From: an uncultured Chloroflexia bacterium
Lineage (GTDB): Bacteria > Chloroflexota > Limnocylindria > Limnocylindrales > CSP1-4
Direction: 5' to 3'
Length of the DNA: 64,000 nucleotides
NCBI GenBank assembly: GCA_963748235.1
Contig: CAVVHT010000009.1
Span: 599,237 to 663,236, forward strand
Position numbers and translations under genes: made by a program. Below are positions 10,215 through 20,549 of the stretch, in pieces; positions within the stretch are counted from its first letter, which is position 1; the number at the start of each line of letters is the position of its first letter. The notes under the pieces were generated by a model. It saw only the letters and a program-made list of their open reading frames with translations. It was not told where the DNA came from and ran no database searches.

Positions 10215-11471
10215 GTGAGTCTATTTGCCCTCGGCCTTCGACGAACGTACCTTGACCGGGTGAGCGTCAGCGAACCCGACACGAGCACGGCGATTCGGAG
10301 CGTCGAGTCGTGGTTCGTGGCCCAGGGTGTACCGCACTTCGTGGCCAACCACTCGCCGACACGAGTCGTGCTGCGCCGCGCGGCACCGGTTCTGGTGCTC
10401 TACGTCGCGGTCACGTTGTTGATGACGGCGAGCTTCGCGTGGTCATTCGAGATCAACCTGCTCGCCATCCTCGGCGCCGCCGCGCTGGTGATCGGCGGCT
10501 GGGCGCTGGTCAACGTCGTCCGCGGACGGCATTGGTTGTCATTGCCCGACCGGGTCGGCTACGTCGAAGTTGCCGCCTTTCTGATCATTCCTGCCCTGCC
10601 ACCGCTGTTGATCGGCCTCCAGGTAACCGACGCGGTAGTTGCCGTAGTAGAGAGCGCCCTCTTCCTGGCCATCGTTTACGTTGCCACGTCGTACGGCCTG
10701 GTCGGGTCGCTGCTCTGGGCGTTGCGCCGCGCCCGGGTCCAGCTCGGCAGCCTCGGACGGCTGCTGACACGCGCGCTGCCGCTGCTGATGGTCTTCATCG
10801 CCTTCACGTTCCTGTCGAGCACCACCTGGCAGGTGACCGCGGCGCTCAGCTGGCAGTCGATCGTGACCGTGCTTCTGTTCTTCCTCGGACTCTCGCTCGC
10901 CTTCCTGATCGGCCGGCTCGTACCCGAGATCCGACGCTCGGTCGGCTCCGATCGACCTTGGGCGGAAACGCTCGCGTCGGCGGCCGGCACGCCCGCCGAA
11001 CCGCTCGTGCCTCTGGTCCGGGACGCTCACCCGCCAACCGTTCCGCTGCGCTGGCACGAGTGGGTGAACATCGGAACGCTGATTGCATTCGGTCAGGGCA
11101 TCCAGATCGTGCTCGTCACCTTCGCCGTTCAGATCGCACTGATCGTGTTCGGGTTGTTGCTCGTCCCAGCCTCGATCCAGGCCGCTTGGATCGGCCGGCC
11201 GGTAACGCCGCTGTACAGCACGGCCGTGGCCGGCGAGACGATCGCCCTGACCGGTGAGCTGCTGATCGTGTCGCTCATCCTGGGCGCGTTTTCGGGCCTC
11301 TATTTCACCGTCTCGGCACTCTCCGACGCGGCCTATCGAGCCGAGTTCTTCAGCGATGCCGATCGCGAGCTGAACGGGCTTTTCGCCGCGCGGGCGGTCT
11401 ACCACGCGGCACGTTCGACCATGCCCGCCGAGCGCGAGGTGGGCGCGACGGTCGAGCAGGTCGCGACCTGA
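10215..11471 (+). CDS. Multi-pass integral membrane protein of unknown function
   Basis: Intact 418-aa ORF with high third-position G+C and about 8-10 hydrophobic helices. I recognise no family. There is an alternative in-frame GTG start at 10260. Confidence 0.6.
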   Translation: MSLFALGLRRTYLDRVSVSEPDTSTAIRSVESWFVAQGVPHFVANHSPTRVVLRRAAPVLVLYVAVTLLMTASFAWSFEINLLAILGAAALVIGGWALVNVVRGRHWLSLPDRVGYVEVAAFLIIPALPPLLIGLQVTDAVVAVVESALFLAIVYVATSYGLVGSLLWALRRARVQLGSLGRLLTRALPLLMVFIAFTFLSSTTWQVTAALSWQSIVTVLLFFLGLSLAFLIGRLVPEIRRSVGSDRPWAETLASAAGTPAEPLVPLVRDAHPPTVPLRWHEWVNIGTLIAFGQGIQIVLVTFAVQIALIVFGLLLVPASIQAAWIGRPVTPLYSTAVAGETIALTGELLIVSLILGAFSGLYFTVSALSDAAYRAEFFSDADRELNGLFAARAVYHAARSTMPAEREVGATVEQVAT

Positions 11472-11485
11472 GGGCGACCCTCAGG
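11467..11485. terminator. Hairpin spanning the two convergent stop codons (membrane gene / polA)
   Basis: CCTGAGGG-CGA-CCCTCAGG is a perfect 8-bp stem. It contains the TGA of the plus-strand gene and the TGA (tca) of polA. There is no U-tract. Confidence 0.35.
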
Positions 11486-14405
11486 CCATCAGCATCGGGG
11501 TAAGCGACTCCCAGTCGTCGCCGCTCTTGAGGTCGACGGTGAGTGGCACATCGAGCGTGACGGCGCTCTCCATCTCCTCGCGCACGATCGGCGCGATCTG
11601 ATCGACCTCCGAGCGCGGTACTTCGAGCAAGAGCTCGTCGTGGACCTGGAGCAGCATGCGCGCACGCACGCCCTCGTGGATGAGCCGGTCGTATAGCCGG
11701 ATCATGGCAATCTTGACGATGTCCGCCGCCGTGCCCTGGATGGGCATGTTGATCGCCATCCGCTCCCCTGCCCCGCGCAGCGCCGAGTTGCGCGCCGACA
11801 GCTCGGGGATCCATCGACGACGCCCGAACAGGGTCGAGACGAAGCCCTGCTCGCGGGCGACCTCCTTGATGTGCATCATGTAATAGGAGATGCCCGAGTA
11901 GGCAGCGAAGTAGCTGTTGATGAACTCCTGCGCCTCGGCGCGAGGGATGTTCGCCCGACTCGACAGCCCGAAGTCGCTCATTCCGTAGGCCAGGCCGAAG
12001 TTGACCATCTTGGCCATCGAGCGCTCGTCGCCGGTCACGTCGGCCGGATCCTTCTTGAGCACGCGAGCAGCCGTCTCGCGGTGAATGTCGGCGCGTCGCT
12101 CAAAGGCCTCCTTGAGGTGGATGTCGCCCGAGACGTGGGCCAGGATGCGCAGCTCGATCTGGCTGTAGTCCGCGGCCAGCAGCACGAGATCGGGGTCGCC
12201 GGCCACGAACGCGTGCCTGATCCTGCGGCCAAGCTCAGAGCGGATCGGGATGTTCTGAAGGTTCGGGTCGGTCGAGCTCAGCCGGCCGGTCGTCGCGACG
12301 GCCTGATGGAAGGTCGTGTGAAGCCGACCGGTCGTCGGATCGAGCAGCAGCGGCAATGCCTCGACGTACGTGCTGCGCAGCTTGGTGTACATCCGCCAGT
12401 CGAGGATCTTGTCGATCGCCGGGTGCGCCGGCCTGAGCTCCTCAAGCACCGTTGCGTCGGTTGAGAAGCCGGTCTTGGTCCGTCTGCCGCGAGGCAGGTT
12501 GAGCTCGTAGAACAGGACCTGCTCGAGCTGCTTTGGGCTGCCGATCGTGAATTGGTGCCCGACGTCCTCGTAGATCTCCTGCTCGAGCCGGGCGATCTCT
12601 GTGCTGAACGTCGACGACAGCAAGCCGAGTGCGTCGCGGTCAATCGCGACCCCGGCTGCTTCCATCGCTGCCAGGACCGGGATGAGTGGCAGCTCGACCT
12701 CGCGCAACAGGCGCGCGAGCCCGGCGTTCTCGATCAGGTCACTGTCGATCGGCTCGCGCGCGGCAGCAACGGCCGCGGCCTGGACGGCGGCATGCTCGGC
12801 ACCGCCGAGCGCACCGTCTGGTGGCAGCTCAATCTCGAGCCGCTCCGAGGCGATGCTCGCGAGGGTCTGGCTACGCAGGGCGGCGTTCAGGATGTACGCG
12901 GCAATCTGGGTATCGAGCGCGACCCCTGGCAGGCTGCGAGCTTCGCCCAGGACGTTGCCCGTCGCGCTCGGATCGCGCCGCGACAGCTCCCACACGAGCA
13001 GCTGCTTGACCTCATGGCCAACGAGCGGCTTGCCGGCCGACAGGATCGCCGCCGCGTACTCGATCGCGTGTTCGGCGTCGGCCGTGACGATGCGGCCGGC
13101 CGGGTCGATCACGGCCAGCCCGAGCAGTTCGCCACGCCGCGGGCGTTGATCGGTGAGTGCCACGCCCAGCATCAACTCGTCCTGCCTGGCTAGCCACTCG
13201 GCCACGTCGGGCACGGTCTCGAAGCGCTCGCCGCGAGCCGGATCAGCGATCAGTGCGGCAAGGTTCTCGCGCGCGGTTCGGGTCGATGGCTCGGTCCGCT
13301 CGAGAACCGCGACGGCACCCGAGCCGTCGAACACTGCCGCGGCCGCAGCAGCTGAGGGCGCGACCGTCGCGCCCGACGCTGAACCGGCGGCGAAGTCGAG
13401 GCTGAGCTGCATGCCGCCGCCCTCGGCCGCCATCCGCTCCGCGGCCGACGGCCGCCCGGCGACCTGGACGGCCGGTATCGGCGCGCTCCGATCCGCCTCG
13501 CGGAGAAGATCGCCCGGGGCACGCTCGTTCTCGCCGGTCATTCCCGGCAGCCGCTCGACGAGCGACCGGAACTCGTACTCGCGGAAGAGGCGAAGCACCT
13601 CCTGACGGTCGTAGTCGGCCAACCGGGCCGGCTCAAGGTCAAGCTCGATCGGCAGATCGGCCCGGACCGTGACCAATTCGCGCCACTGGAAAACGGCGTC
13701 ACGGTGCTCGGCCAGCTTGAGGCGGAGCTTCTCCGGCAGCACCGCGTCGAGATCGGCATAGATGCCGTCGACCGAGCCGTGGTCGATGACGAGTTTTGCG
13801 GCCGTTTTCTCACCGACGCCCGGAATGCCCGGGATGTTGTCGGTGGTGTCGCCCTTGAGCGCCTTGAAGTCGATCATCTGCTCCGGCCGCAGGCCGTAGC
13901 GCTCCATCACCTTGGCCGGGTCGTAGTAGGCCGTTTGCTGAACGCCGCCGCGAGTCGTCATCAGCGTCGTGCGGTCGCTCACCAGCTGGAGCAGGTCGAG
14001 ATCACCAGAGACGATGGTGGTGCTCACGTCGCGCTCCTCGGCCTGCCGCACCAGCGCGGCAATCAGGTCGTCGGCCTCGAAGCCCTGCAGCTGGTAGATC
14101 GGGATGCCGAACGCACCGATGATCTCGCGCACGATCGGAAACTGGTCGCGTAGGTCATCGGGCATCTCGCGCCGGGTGGCCTTGTAGTCGGCGTACTGCT
14201 CATGGCGGAAGGTCGGCCCGGCGAGGTCGAAGGCGGCGATGACGTAGTCGGGCTTGATGTCCTGGAAGCCGCGCAGAACGATGCTCCAGAAGCCGAACAC
14301 GGCGTTCACGAGCTGGCCCTTGCTGGTCGTGAGCGGCGTGTTCATGAGCGCGAAATAGGCGCGGTAGATCAGGCTGTTGGAGTCCAGGAGCATCAACCGC
14401 TGCAC
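11481..14405 (-). CDS. polA: DNA polymerase I
   Basis: Intact 974-aa ORF. It has a 5'-nuclease N-terminus (LLDSNSLIYRAYFAL), the family A polymerase motifs DYSQIELRILAH and QVHDELLLE, and a central exo-like domain that lacks the canonical Exo I-III acidic residues. Confidence 0.95.
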   Translation of the reverse strand: MQRLMLLDSNSLIYRAYFALMNTPLTTSKGQLVNAVFGFWSIVLRGFQDIKPDYVIAAFDLAGPTFRHEQYADYKATRREMPDDLRDQFPIVREIIGAFGIPIYQLQGFEADDLIAALVRQAEERDVSTTIVSGDLDLLQLVSDRTTLMTTRGGVQQTAYYDPAKVMERYGLRPEQMIDFKALKGDTTDNIPGIPGVGEKTAAKLVIDHGSVDGIYADLDAVLPEKLRLKLAEHRDAVFQWRELVTVRADLPIELDLEPARLADYDRQEVLRLFREYEFRSLVERLPGMTGENERAPGDLLREADRSAPIPAVQVAGRPSAAERMAAEGGGMQLSLDFAAGSASGATVAPSAAAAAAVFDGSGAVAVLERTEPSTRTARENLAALIADPARGERFETVPDVAEWLARQDELMLGVALTDQRPRRGELLGLAVIDPAGRIVTADAEHAIEYAAAILSAGKPLVGHEVKQLLVWELSRRDPSATGNVLGEARSLPGVALDTQIAAYILNAALRSQTLASIASERLEIELPPDGALGGAEHAAVQAAAVAAAREPIDSDLIENAGLARLLREVELPLIPVLAAMEAAGVAIDRDALGLLSSTFSTEIARLEQEIYEDVGHQFTIGSPKQLEQVLFYELNLPRGRRTKTGFSTDATVLEELRPAHPAIDKILDWRMYTKLRSTYVEALPLLLDPTTGRLHTTFHQAVATTGRLSSTDPNLQNIPIRSELGRRIRHAFVAGDPDLVLLAADYSQIELRILAHVSGDIHLKEAFERRADIHRETAARVLKKDPADVTGDERSMAKMVNFGLAYGMSDFGLSSRANIPRAEAQEFINSYFAAYSGISYYMMHIKEVAREQGFVSTLFGRRRWIPELSARNSALRGAGERMAINMPIQGTAADIVKIAMIRLYDRLIHEGVRARMLLQVHDELLLEVPRSEVDQIAPIVREEMESAVTLDVPLTVDLKSGDDWESLTPMLMA

Positions 14406-14472
14406 GGTTGGGAGTGTACCGGCGATGCTCGTCTCGCCCGCTGTGCTCAGCCAGCCCTCAGGCAGTGGCCGG

Positions 14473-15261
14473 TCAGCCGACGTAGGGGTCGGCGTACCTG
14501 CGGCGGGCGTAAATGATCAGCAAGAGGAAAGCGAGGCTGGCCATGGCGATCAGCAGGCCGGCGTAGAGGAGCGTGTCGGTCGACACGGCAAACGTCTGGG
14601 AGGCGTCCCGACCGGCAGTACCCGCGTCCGCCTCGCCACCGGCGATGTATGCATCGTCGAGGGTGCGCGTTACGGGATCGACCGAGGGAAAGGGCACCTG
14701 CTCGCCATTTCCACTGCCATCGACCGTTGAAGGTGCCGGATCACCGGACATATACATCTCGGTCGGTGCAGATGCCGGCTGCTGGGGGTTTCCAGGTTCG
14801 GGCGCGATGTTCATGTCACTGACATCCGGTCGAGGCTGATCGGACGGAGCCGCTGCGACTTCCTGCGATGTCGGACCGACCTCCTGGACTGGGTTGGCTG
14901 CGGAGAACCCAGCGGGCATGGCGCCAACGACGGCGAGCACGAGGCCGATCGACATCGCCACGCCGGCGACCGGCCGGAGCATGGCCGAGCTCGGCGCGGC
15001 AAGCCTGCGCATGAGTCGTTCGAGCCACGATCCACGCAACCGCTCGGCCTGCTCGGCCGTCAGGCGGAAGTCGCGCGGACGTCGGGGAGTTGGAACTGCC
15101 GCGACGGCGACCGAAAGCAGACGAATGTCGTCGACGAGCGCGGCACACTCGGCGCAGCCGGCGACGAGCGCCTGCGCGGCCTCGAACTCGCCGGGGTAGG
15201 AGTCGTCGGCCGCAAAGCGAGCGACGAGCAGTCGGTCGTGGCGGCGATGTTCGGAGTTCAT
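14473..15261 (-). CDS. Anti-sigma factor (zf-HC2 type), membrane-anchored
   Basis: Lies immediately downstream of the ECF sigma gene. It has an H...CAEC motif (ALVAGCAECAALVDD), a TM segment VAGVAMSIGLVLAVVGAM and a second C-terminal TM. Confidence 0.7.
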   Translation of the reverse strand: MNSEHRRHDRLLVARFAADDSYPGEFEAAQALVAGCAECAALVDDIRLLSVAVAAVPTPRRPRDFRLTAEQAERLRGSWLERLMRRLAAPSSAMLRPVAGVAMSIGLVLAVVGAMPAGFSAANPVQEVGPTSQEVAAAPSDQPRPDVSDMNIAPEPGNPQQPASAPTEMYMSGDPAPSTVDGSGNGEQVPFPSVDPVTRTLDDAYIAGGEADAGTAGRDASQTFAVSTDTLLYAGLLIAMASLAFLLLIIYARRRYADPYVG

Positions 15262-15295
15262 GGACCTTCGGTTGTGCACGGGGCCTTTGACGCCG

Positions 15296-16003
15296 CTACT
15301 CACGCAAGAGTTCCACGTCGTCTGCGAGCAGCTCGCGCAGGGCAAGCCGCCCGCGGTGGATGCGCGACTTGACCGTGCCCAGCGACACGCCGGTCATGTC
15401 GGCGATCTCCTGGTAGTCGAAACCTTCGACGTCGTACAGCACGATCGCCTTTCGCTGGTCGTCGGTGATCTCACCCAGCGCCTTTGCCAGGACGCGCGAC
15501 GTGTTGCGACGCATCGCCTGTCGCTCGGGAGATGCCTCTTCACCGGCCGGTGGCTGCCACGAGTCGTCCTCCCATTCGGGAAACGGATCCGCCGGCCGGC
15601 GCTTTCTATAGCGCAACACGTCCGTAGCGGCGTTGAGCGCGATACGCGTCAACCAGCTGCGAAAGGAGTCGCCTCGAAAGCGATCGAGGTTGCGGTAGCA
15701 ACTGAAAAAGGCTTCCTGCACGGCGTCTGCCGCCGAATCGCGATCGTTGACGACGCGCACGACCAGCGCGAAGAGGTAGTCCTGGTAGAGCGCCACGATC
15801 TCGTTGAAAGCCTCGAGATCGCCGGCGATGGCGCGCTCCACGAGCGCCCGATCACGCGCGTGCAGCAGCTCGTCGCCCGGCTTGCGAAATCGGCCGCGGT
15901 CGGAAGTTGCGGGCTGCTCCGACGCCGGCACGGCGGGCGAATCCGGGACAGATTCATCCGCGGCCGGCTCGCCAGGCAGAGATGCCTTGATGGTCTCCTC
16001 CAC
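15296..16003 (-). CDS. ECF-type sigma-70 family RNA polymerase sigma factor
   Basis: Region 2 (FNEIVALYQDYLFALVVRVVNDRDSAADAVQEAF...SFRSWLTRIALNAATD) and region 4 (YDVEGFDYQEIADMTGVSLGTVKSRIHRGR). Confidence 0.9.
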   Translation of the reverse strand: MEETIKASLPGEPAADESVPDSPAVPASEQPATSDRGRFRKPGDELLHARDRALVERAIAGDLEAFNEIVALYQDYLFALVVRVVNDRDSAADAVQEAFFSCYRNLDRFRGDSFRSWLTRIALNAATDVLRYRKRRPADPFPEWEDDSWQPPAGEEASPERQAMRRNTSRVLAKALGEITDDQRKAIVLYDVEGFDYQEIADMTGVSLGTVKSRIHRGRLALRELLADDVELLRE

Positions 16004-16081
16004 TTATCAAGTATCCCCGCAACCGGCGCCGTGCCGTGGACGTGGCCACACGGCGATATGACGGGCGCCGACAAGGGAGAG

Positions 16082-16167
16082 TGGTGCGGCGGGTGGGATT
16101 CGAACCCACAAGCCCTTGCGGGCAGCAGTGTTTGAGACTGCAGCGTATACCGTTCCGCCACCGCCGC
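16082..16167 (-). tRNA. tRNA-Leu (anticodon CAA)
   Basis: I folded it manually. The acceptor is GCGGCGG/CCGCCGC. The anticodon stem GCAGT/ACTGC carries the loop CTCAAAC. There is a long variable arm (GCCC-gcaa-GGGC), a T-arm GTGGG-TTCGAAT-CCCAC, and an encoded CCA. Confidence 0.95.
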
Positions 16168-16272
16168 TCAGCTCGACTATAGCCGCTGATCGAGTGCGAT
16201 CAGTTCGCCCTTCTCGACAGCGCTCTGGCCGTTTACGCTTCGAAGTCTCAGAAAGAAATTGGGAGGTGATTC

Positions 16273-16485
16273 GTGTTCCAGCTTCAGGGATTGATCACGC
16301 CGCGCTTTGAGCACTCGCATGGCGGCAACGACTGGCACGCCATGGAGGAAGCAAGCCCGGGCCACGACGCCGCTGAGCACGATCCCGAGCGGCAATGGCA
16401 GAAGGGCCGCGTTTTCACGTGTACGGCGTGCGAGGACTCGATCCGCGTCGTCCTGCCCGAAGAGAATCAGACCGCCCAGCCCTAG
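16273..16485 (+). CDS. Small hypothetical protein (70 aa), His/Cys-containing
   Basis: A strong SD sequence (GGGAGGTG) sits 4 nt upstream of the GTG start. Third-position G+C is high. The sequence contains HSHGGNDWH and CTAC. I recognise no homolog. Confidence 0.35.
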   Translation: MFQLQGLITPRFEHSHGGNDWHAMEEASPGHDAAEHDPERQWQKGRVFTCTACEDSIRVVLPEENQTAQP

Positions 16486-16511
16486 TCCGGCAATTGGGCA
16501 GTTGTGAGCCC

Positions 16512-19500
16512 TCAGCTAAGGCTGAGATCGACCATCCCGTCACCGACACGGCGCTTGATTCCGGCCACCAGCTCAGCGTCGTATGCGACGCCCACCCGCA
16601 GCTCCATGCGCTGGCTGCGGCCGGGTCCGGCGGGGATATGCAGCACCACCGACGTGTCACCCGGGTGCTCGTGGATGACCTCGCGCAGTGTTTGGAATGC
16701 ACCGACCACGGCTTCCTGGTCGGCGGCCGTGAAGCGAACGTGAAGCATCTGACCGACTGACGCTTCTCTGGGAAGGGTCGCGGCCTGCTCTTCGGCGACC
16801 AACCGCTCGACCGCTTCGTCGGGCAGCGGCGGTTCTTCGTCCGTTTCGGGCAGCGCGGTCGCAACGCTCGCCGAATCGTACGGCGCGGCAGCCGACGCGG
16901 GCGGTGGCGCGGACCCGGCTAGTGCCGCAGGGCGCTCTGCCTGGCGCTTCGGCGCGCCGCCGATGCGCACCTCCATCGAGCCACTGACGTCGACTCCGCG
17001 GAGTGGCGACACGAGCGGGATCGTGCGGATTCGCTCAACCGAAGCGCCGGGCGCTGCCTCGCTGCCCGGGCCCACCGCGGTCGGCGGACGGTCGTAGCCA
17101 TTGCCGTTGCGAAAGCCGTTGCCGCCCCGTCGGCCTCGGTCGGTCCGAGCCAGGGCTCGCCCAAACTCCGGTGAGCCGAGCGCCTGCGCGTCCTCCCAGG
17201 TCCACACGGCATCGGCGAGAAGAACCGTCTCCTCGCCCTTGTGATCGACGCGGCCGGCGACGAGCAGGATGGCGTCCTCCGCCCAGGTGCTCTCGGTCTG
17301 CTCGAACACCTTCGGGAATACGATCACCTCCATCGTTCCCTGGAGGTCCTCGAGCGTCGCGACGCCCATCGTCGCGCGCGCCTTGGTGATCACGCGGCGA
17401 ACCTCGGTGACCACGCCGCCGACGCAGATGCGCTGCTGATCGAGCTCTTCGCCTAGCTCCCCGCTGTACGCGGTCACGTACTCGCCGATCACGCCGGCCA
17501 GCTCGCCCAGCGGGTGATCGGACAGGTACAGGCCGAGCAGCTCCTTCTCCCAGCGCAGCCGCTCGCGGGGCGGCGCCTCGGTGATGTCGTCCGGCAGCGG
17601 CCGCTCGAGCGGGGCGGAATCCGGGCCAGAGTCGAACAGCGACACCTGGCCGGTCAGGCGATCGCGTTGCGCGGCCTGGCCGGCGGCGAGGGCATCGTCG
17701 AGCGCCATGAGCAGCTGCGCCGGATGGCCCAGCGAGTTGAGCGCGCCGACGCGAATGAGCGACTCGAGCACGCGCCGGTTGACCAGGCGCAGGTCGACCC
17801 GCGCGCAGAAATCGGCCAGCGACCGGAAGCGGCCGTCCTCGTTGCGCGACGCGACGATCGACTCGATCGCGCCCTGGCCGACGTTCTTGATGGCCAGCAG
17901 GCCGAAGCGGATGGCGTCGCCCTCGACGGTGAAGTCGAGCCCGCTCGAGTGGACGTCGGGCGGTCTGACCTCGATGCCCAGGCGACGGCACTCGGCGATG
18001 GCCGCGGCGACCTTCTCGGTCGAGTCGCGCATCGCGGTCAGCACGCTGGTCATGTACTCGACGGTGTAGTTCGCCTTCAGGTAGGCCGTCTGGTAGGCGA
18101 TCAGCCCGTAGCACGTCGCATGAGCCTTGTTGAAGCCGTAGCGCTCGAACGGCTCGAACGCCTTGAACACCGCGTCGATGACCTGCGGCGGCACGCCCCT
18201 CTCGGCCGCCCGCTGGACGAACTTGTCCTTCTGCGCCCGCAGGACGCTCGACTTCTTCTTGCGGATCGCGTAGCCCAGCGTGTCCGCCTCGGGGCCGGTG
18301 AAGCCGCCGAGCGCCATCGCCGCGGCCATGATGTCTTCCTGGTAGACGAAGATGCCGTACGTCTTCTTGAGGTACGGCTCGAGCAGCGGGTGCAGGTAGG
18401 TGACCTTCTCCTGGCCGTGCTTGCGGCGGATGTAGGCCGGGATGTTGTCCATCGGCCCGGGCCGGAAGAGGGCGACCATCGCCGCGAGGTCGAGAACCGA
18501 GGTCGGGCGCAGCTCACGCACGTAGCGGCGCATGCCCGGCGACTCAAGCTGGAACACGCCCGTCGTCTCGCCCGGAGGCCAGCAGCTCGAAGGTCTTGGC
18601 GTCCTCGAGCGGGAGGTGGTCGAGGTCGATCTCGACGCCCTGCTCCTGCTGGATCAGGTCGACCGCCTGGCGCAGGATCGTCAGGTTGGACAGGCCCAGG
18701 AAGTCGAACTTGAGCAGGCCCAGCGCCTCGACGCCGTGCATCTCGTACTGGGTCATCAGCCCGTCCGAGTTGGTCGCGTGCTGGAGCGGCATCAGCTCGG
18801 TCAGCGGCTCGCGGCTGATGACCACGCCGGCGGCGTGGGTCGAGGCGTTGCGCGCCACGCCCTCGAGCTGCTCGGCGAGGTCGAGCAGCCGCTTGACCTT
18901 GGGGTCGCCGTCGCGCATCTCGCGCAGCGCCGGCGTCATCGTCGAGCGCCTCCTCGAGCTTGATGCCGAGCTGGTTCGGGATGGCCTTGGCGATGCGATC
19001 GACCTCGCCGTAGCCGAGGCCCAGCACGCGGCCGACATCGCGGATGGCCGCCCGGGCGAGCATCGTGCCGAAGGTGATGATCTGGGCGACGTGGTCGGTG
19101 CCGTACTTGCGCGTCACGTAGCTCGATGACCTCGCCGCGCCGGGCATCCTCGAAGTCGACGTCGATGTCCGGCATGGTCACCCGGTCGGGGTTGAGGAAG
19201 CGCTCGAAGGGCAGCTCGTAGTGGATGGGGTCGACCGGCGTGATGCCCAGCGTGTAGGTGACGATCGAGCCCGGCGCCGAGCCGCGGCAGGTGGTCGCGA
19301 TGCGCTGCTCGCGCGCGAAGCGGACGAAGTCGGCCACGATCAGGAAGTAGGCCGCGTAGCCCATCGAGATGATCACGCCGAGCTCGTAGTCGAGCCGCTT
19401 CTGGAGCTCCTCGGTCGACTCGCCGTAGCGCTCGCGCAGGCCGCGCTCGCACTCGGCGCGCAGCCAGCTCTCGACGGTGTGGCCGTCCGGAACCGGGAAG

Positions 19501-20367
19501 TCGGGCAGGCGCAGCTGGCCGAAGGGCAGCTCGAGGTCGACCATCTCCGAGATCCGTCGCGTGTTGGCGATCGCCTCCGGCACGTCGCCGAACAGCGCGG
19601 CCATCTCCTGCGGCGCTCTTGAGGTAGAAATCGCTCGATTCGAAGCGCATCCGGCCCGGCGTGTCGAGGTTCGACGCGGTGCCGACGCAGAGCAGCACGT
19701 CGTGCGCCTCGGACTGCTCGCGACGGACGTAGTGCAGGTCGTTGGTGGCGACGAGCGGGATGCCCATCTCCGGGCCGAGCCGCAGCAGCTGCTCGTTCAG
19801 CCGGCGCTGCTCGGGCATGCCGTGGTCCTGCAGCTCGAGGAAGAAGTTGCCGTCGCCGAGGATGTCGCGATAGCTGCCGGCGATGCGCCTCGCCTCGTCC
19901 TCTTCGCCGGTCTCCAGGGCGCGCGCCACTTCGCCGTTCAGGCACGCCGACAGCCCGACGAGCCCCTCGGCGTGCTGGGCCAGGTACTCGCGATCGATGC
20001 GCGGCTTGTAGTAGTAGCCGTCGAGATGGGCGTCGGTGACGATCCGGCACAGGTTCTGGTAGCCGGTCCAGTCCTTCGCCAGCAGGATCAGGTGGTACGG
20101 CTGCGCGTCAGCCTTGCCCTCGCGATCGGCCATCGAGCGGCGTGCGACGTACGTCTCGACGCCGATGATCGGCTTGATCTCGGCCTTCTGGCACGCCTGG
20201 TAGAAGGCGACCGCGCCGTACAGCGCGCCGTGGTCGGTCAGGCCGAGCGAGTCGAAGCCGAGCGTCTTGGCCTGGTCGACCATCTCGGTGATGCGGCCCA
20301 GGCCGTCGAGCAGGCTGAACTCGGAATGGACATGGAGGTGCGTGAAGTCGTTCGGCGCGATGCTCAA
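16512..20367 (-). pseudogene. dnaE: DNA polymerase III alpha subunit (DnaE), interrupted by four frame shifts as sequenced
   Basis: The PHP N-terminus FTHLHVHSEFSLLDG is in ORF 19114-20367. Continuations are in ORFs 18936-19604, 18101-19147, 18544-19038 and 16512-18557 (FQLESPGMRRY..., OB fold, long tail). Switches are near 19610, 19130, 18950 and 18560. The last is repaired by removing one C of the CCC at 18571-18573. Confidence 0.9.
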
Positions 20368-20489
20368 GATGTCCCCGTTCTAGGCCTTGACCGAAGTTAT
20401 CGCCAGTACACGTAACGAGCCAGCGCCTTATCCCCGAAGTTGATCCACGAACCGCGATCGCCAGTGTGGATAGGCGTGCGACATAGTTT

Positions 20490-20502
20490 AGAACGTTCGT
20501 TC
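20490..20502. promoter_or_regulatory. Candidate LexA (SOS/Cheo-type) box 1
   Basis: AGAACGTTCGTTC contains GAAC-N4-GTTC. It lies 124 bp upstream of the dnaE ATG. Confidence 0.5.
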
Positions 20503-20549
20503 GGTCATGGGGCGGAAATATGGCGAGGTAACCAGTATCTCGCTCAATG

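Noticed and set aside
16512-20367. Programmed frameshifting or genuine inactivation of dnaE.
   Set aside because: Four separate shifts occur with no slippery-sequence pattern. Programmed frameshifting is known for dnaX, not dnaE. At least one shift is a simple extra base in a CCC run. Consensus error is far more likely, but reads are needed to prove it.
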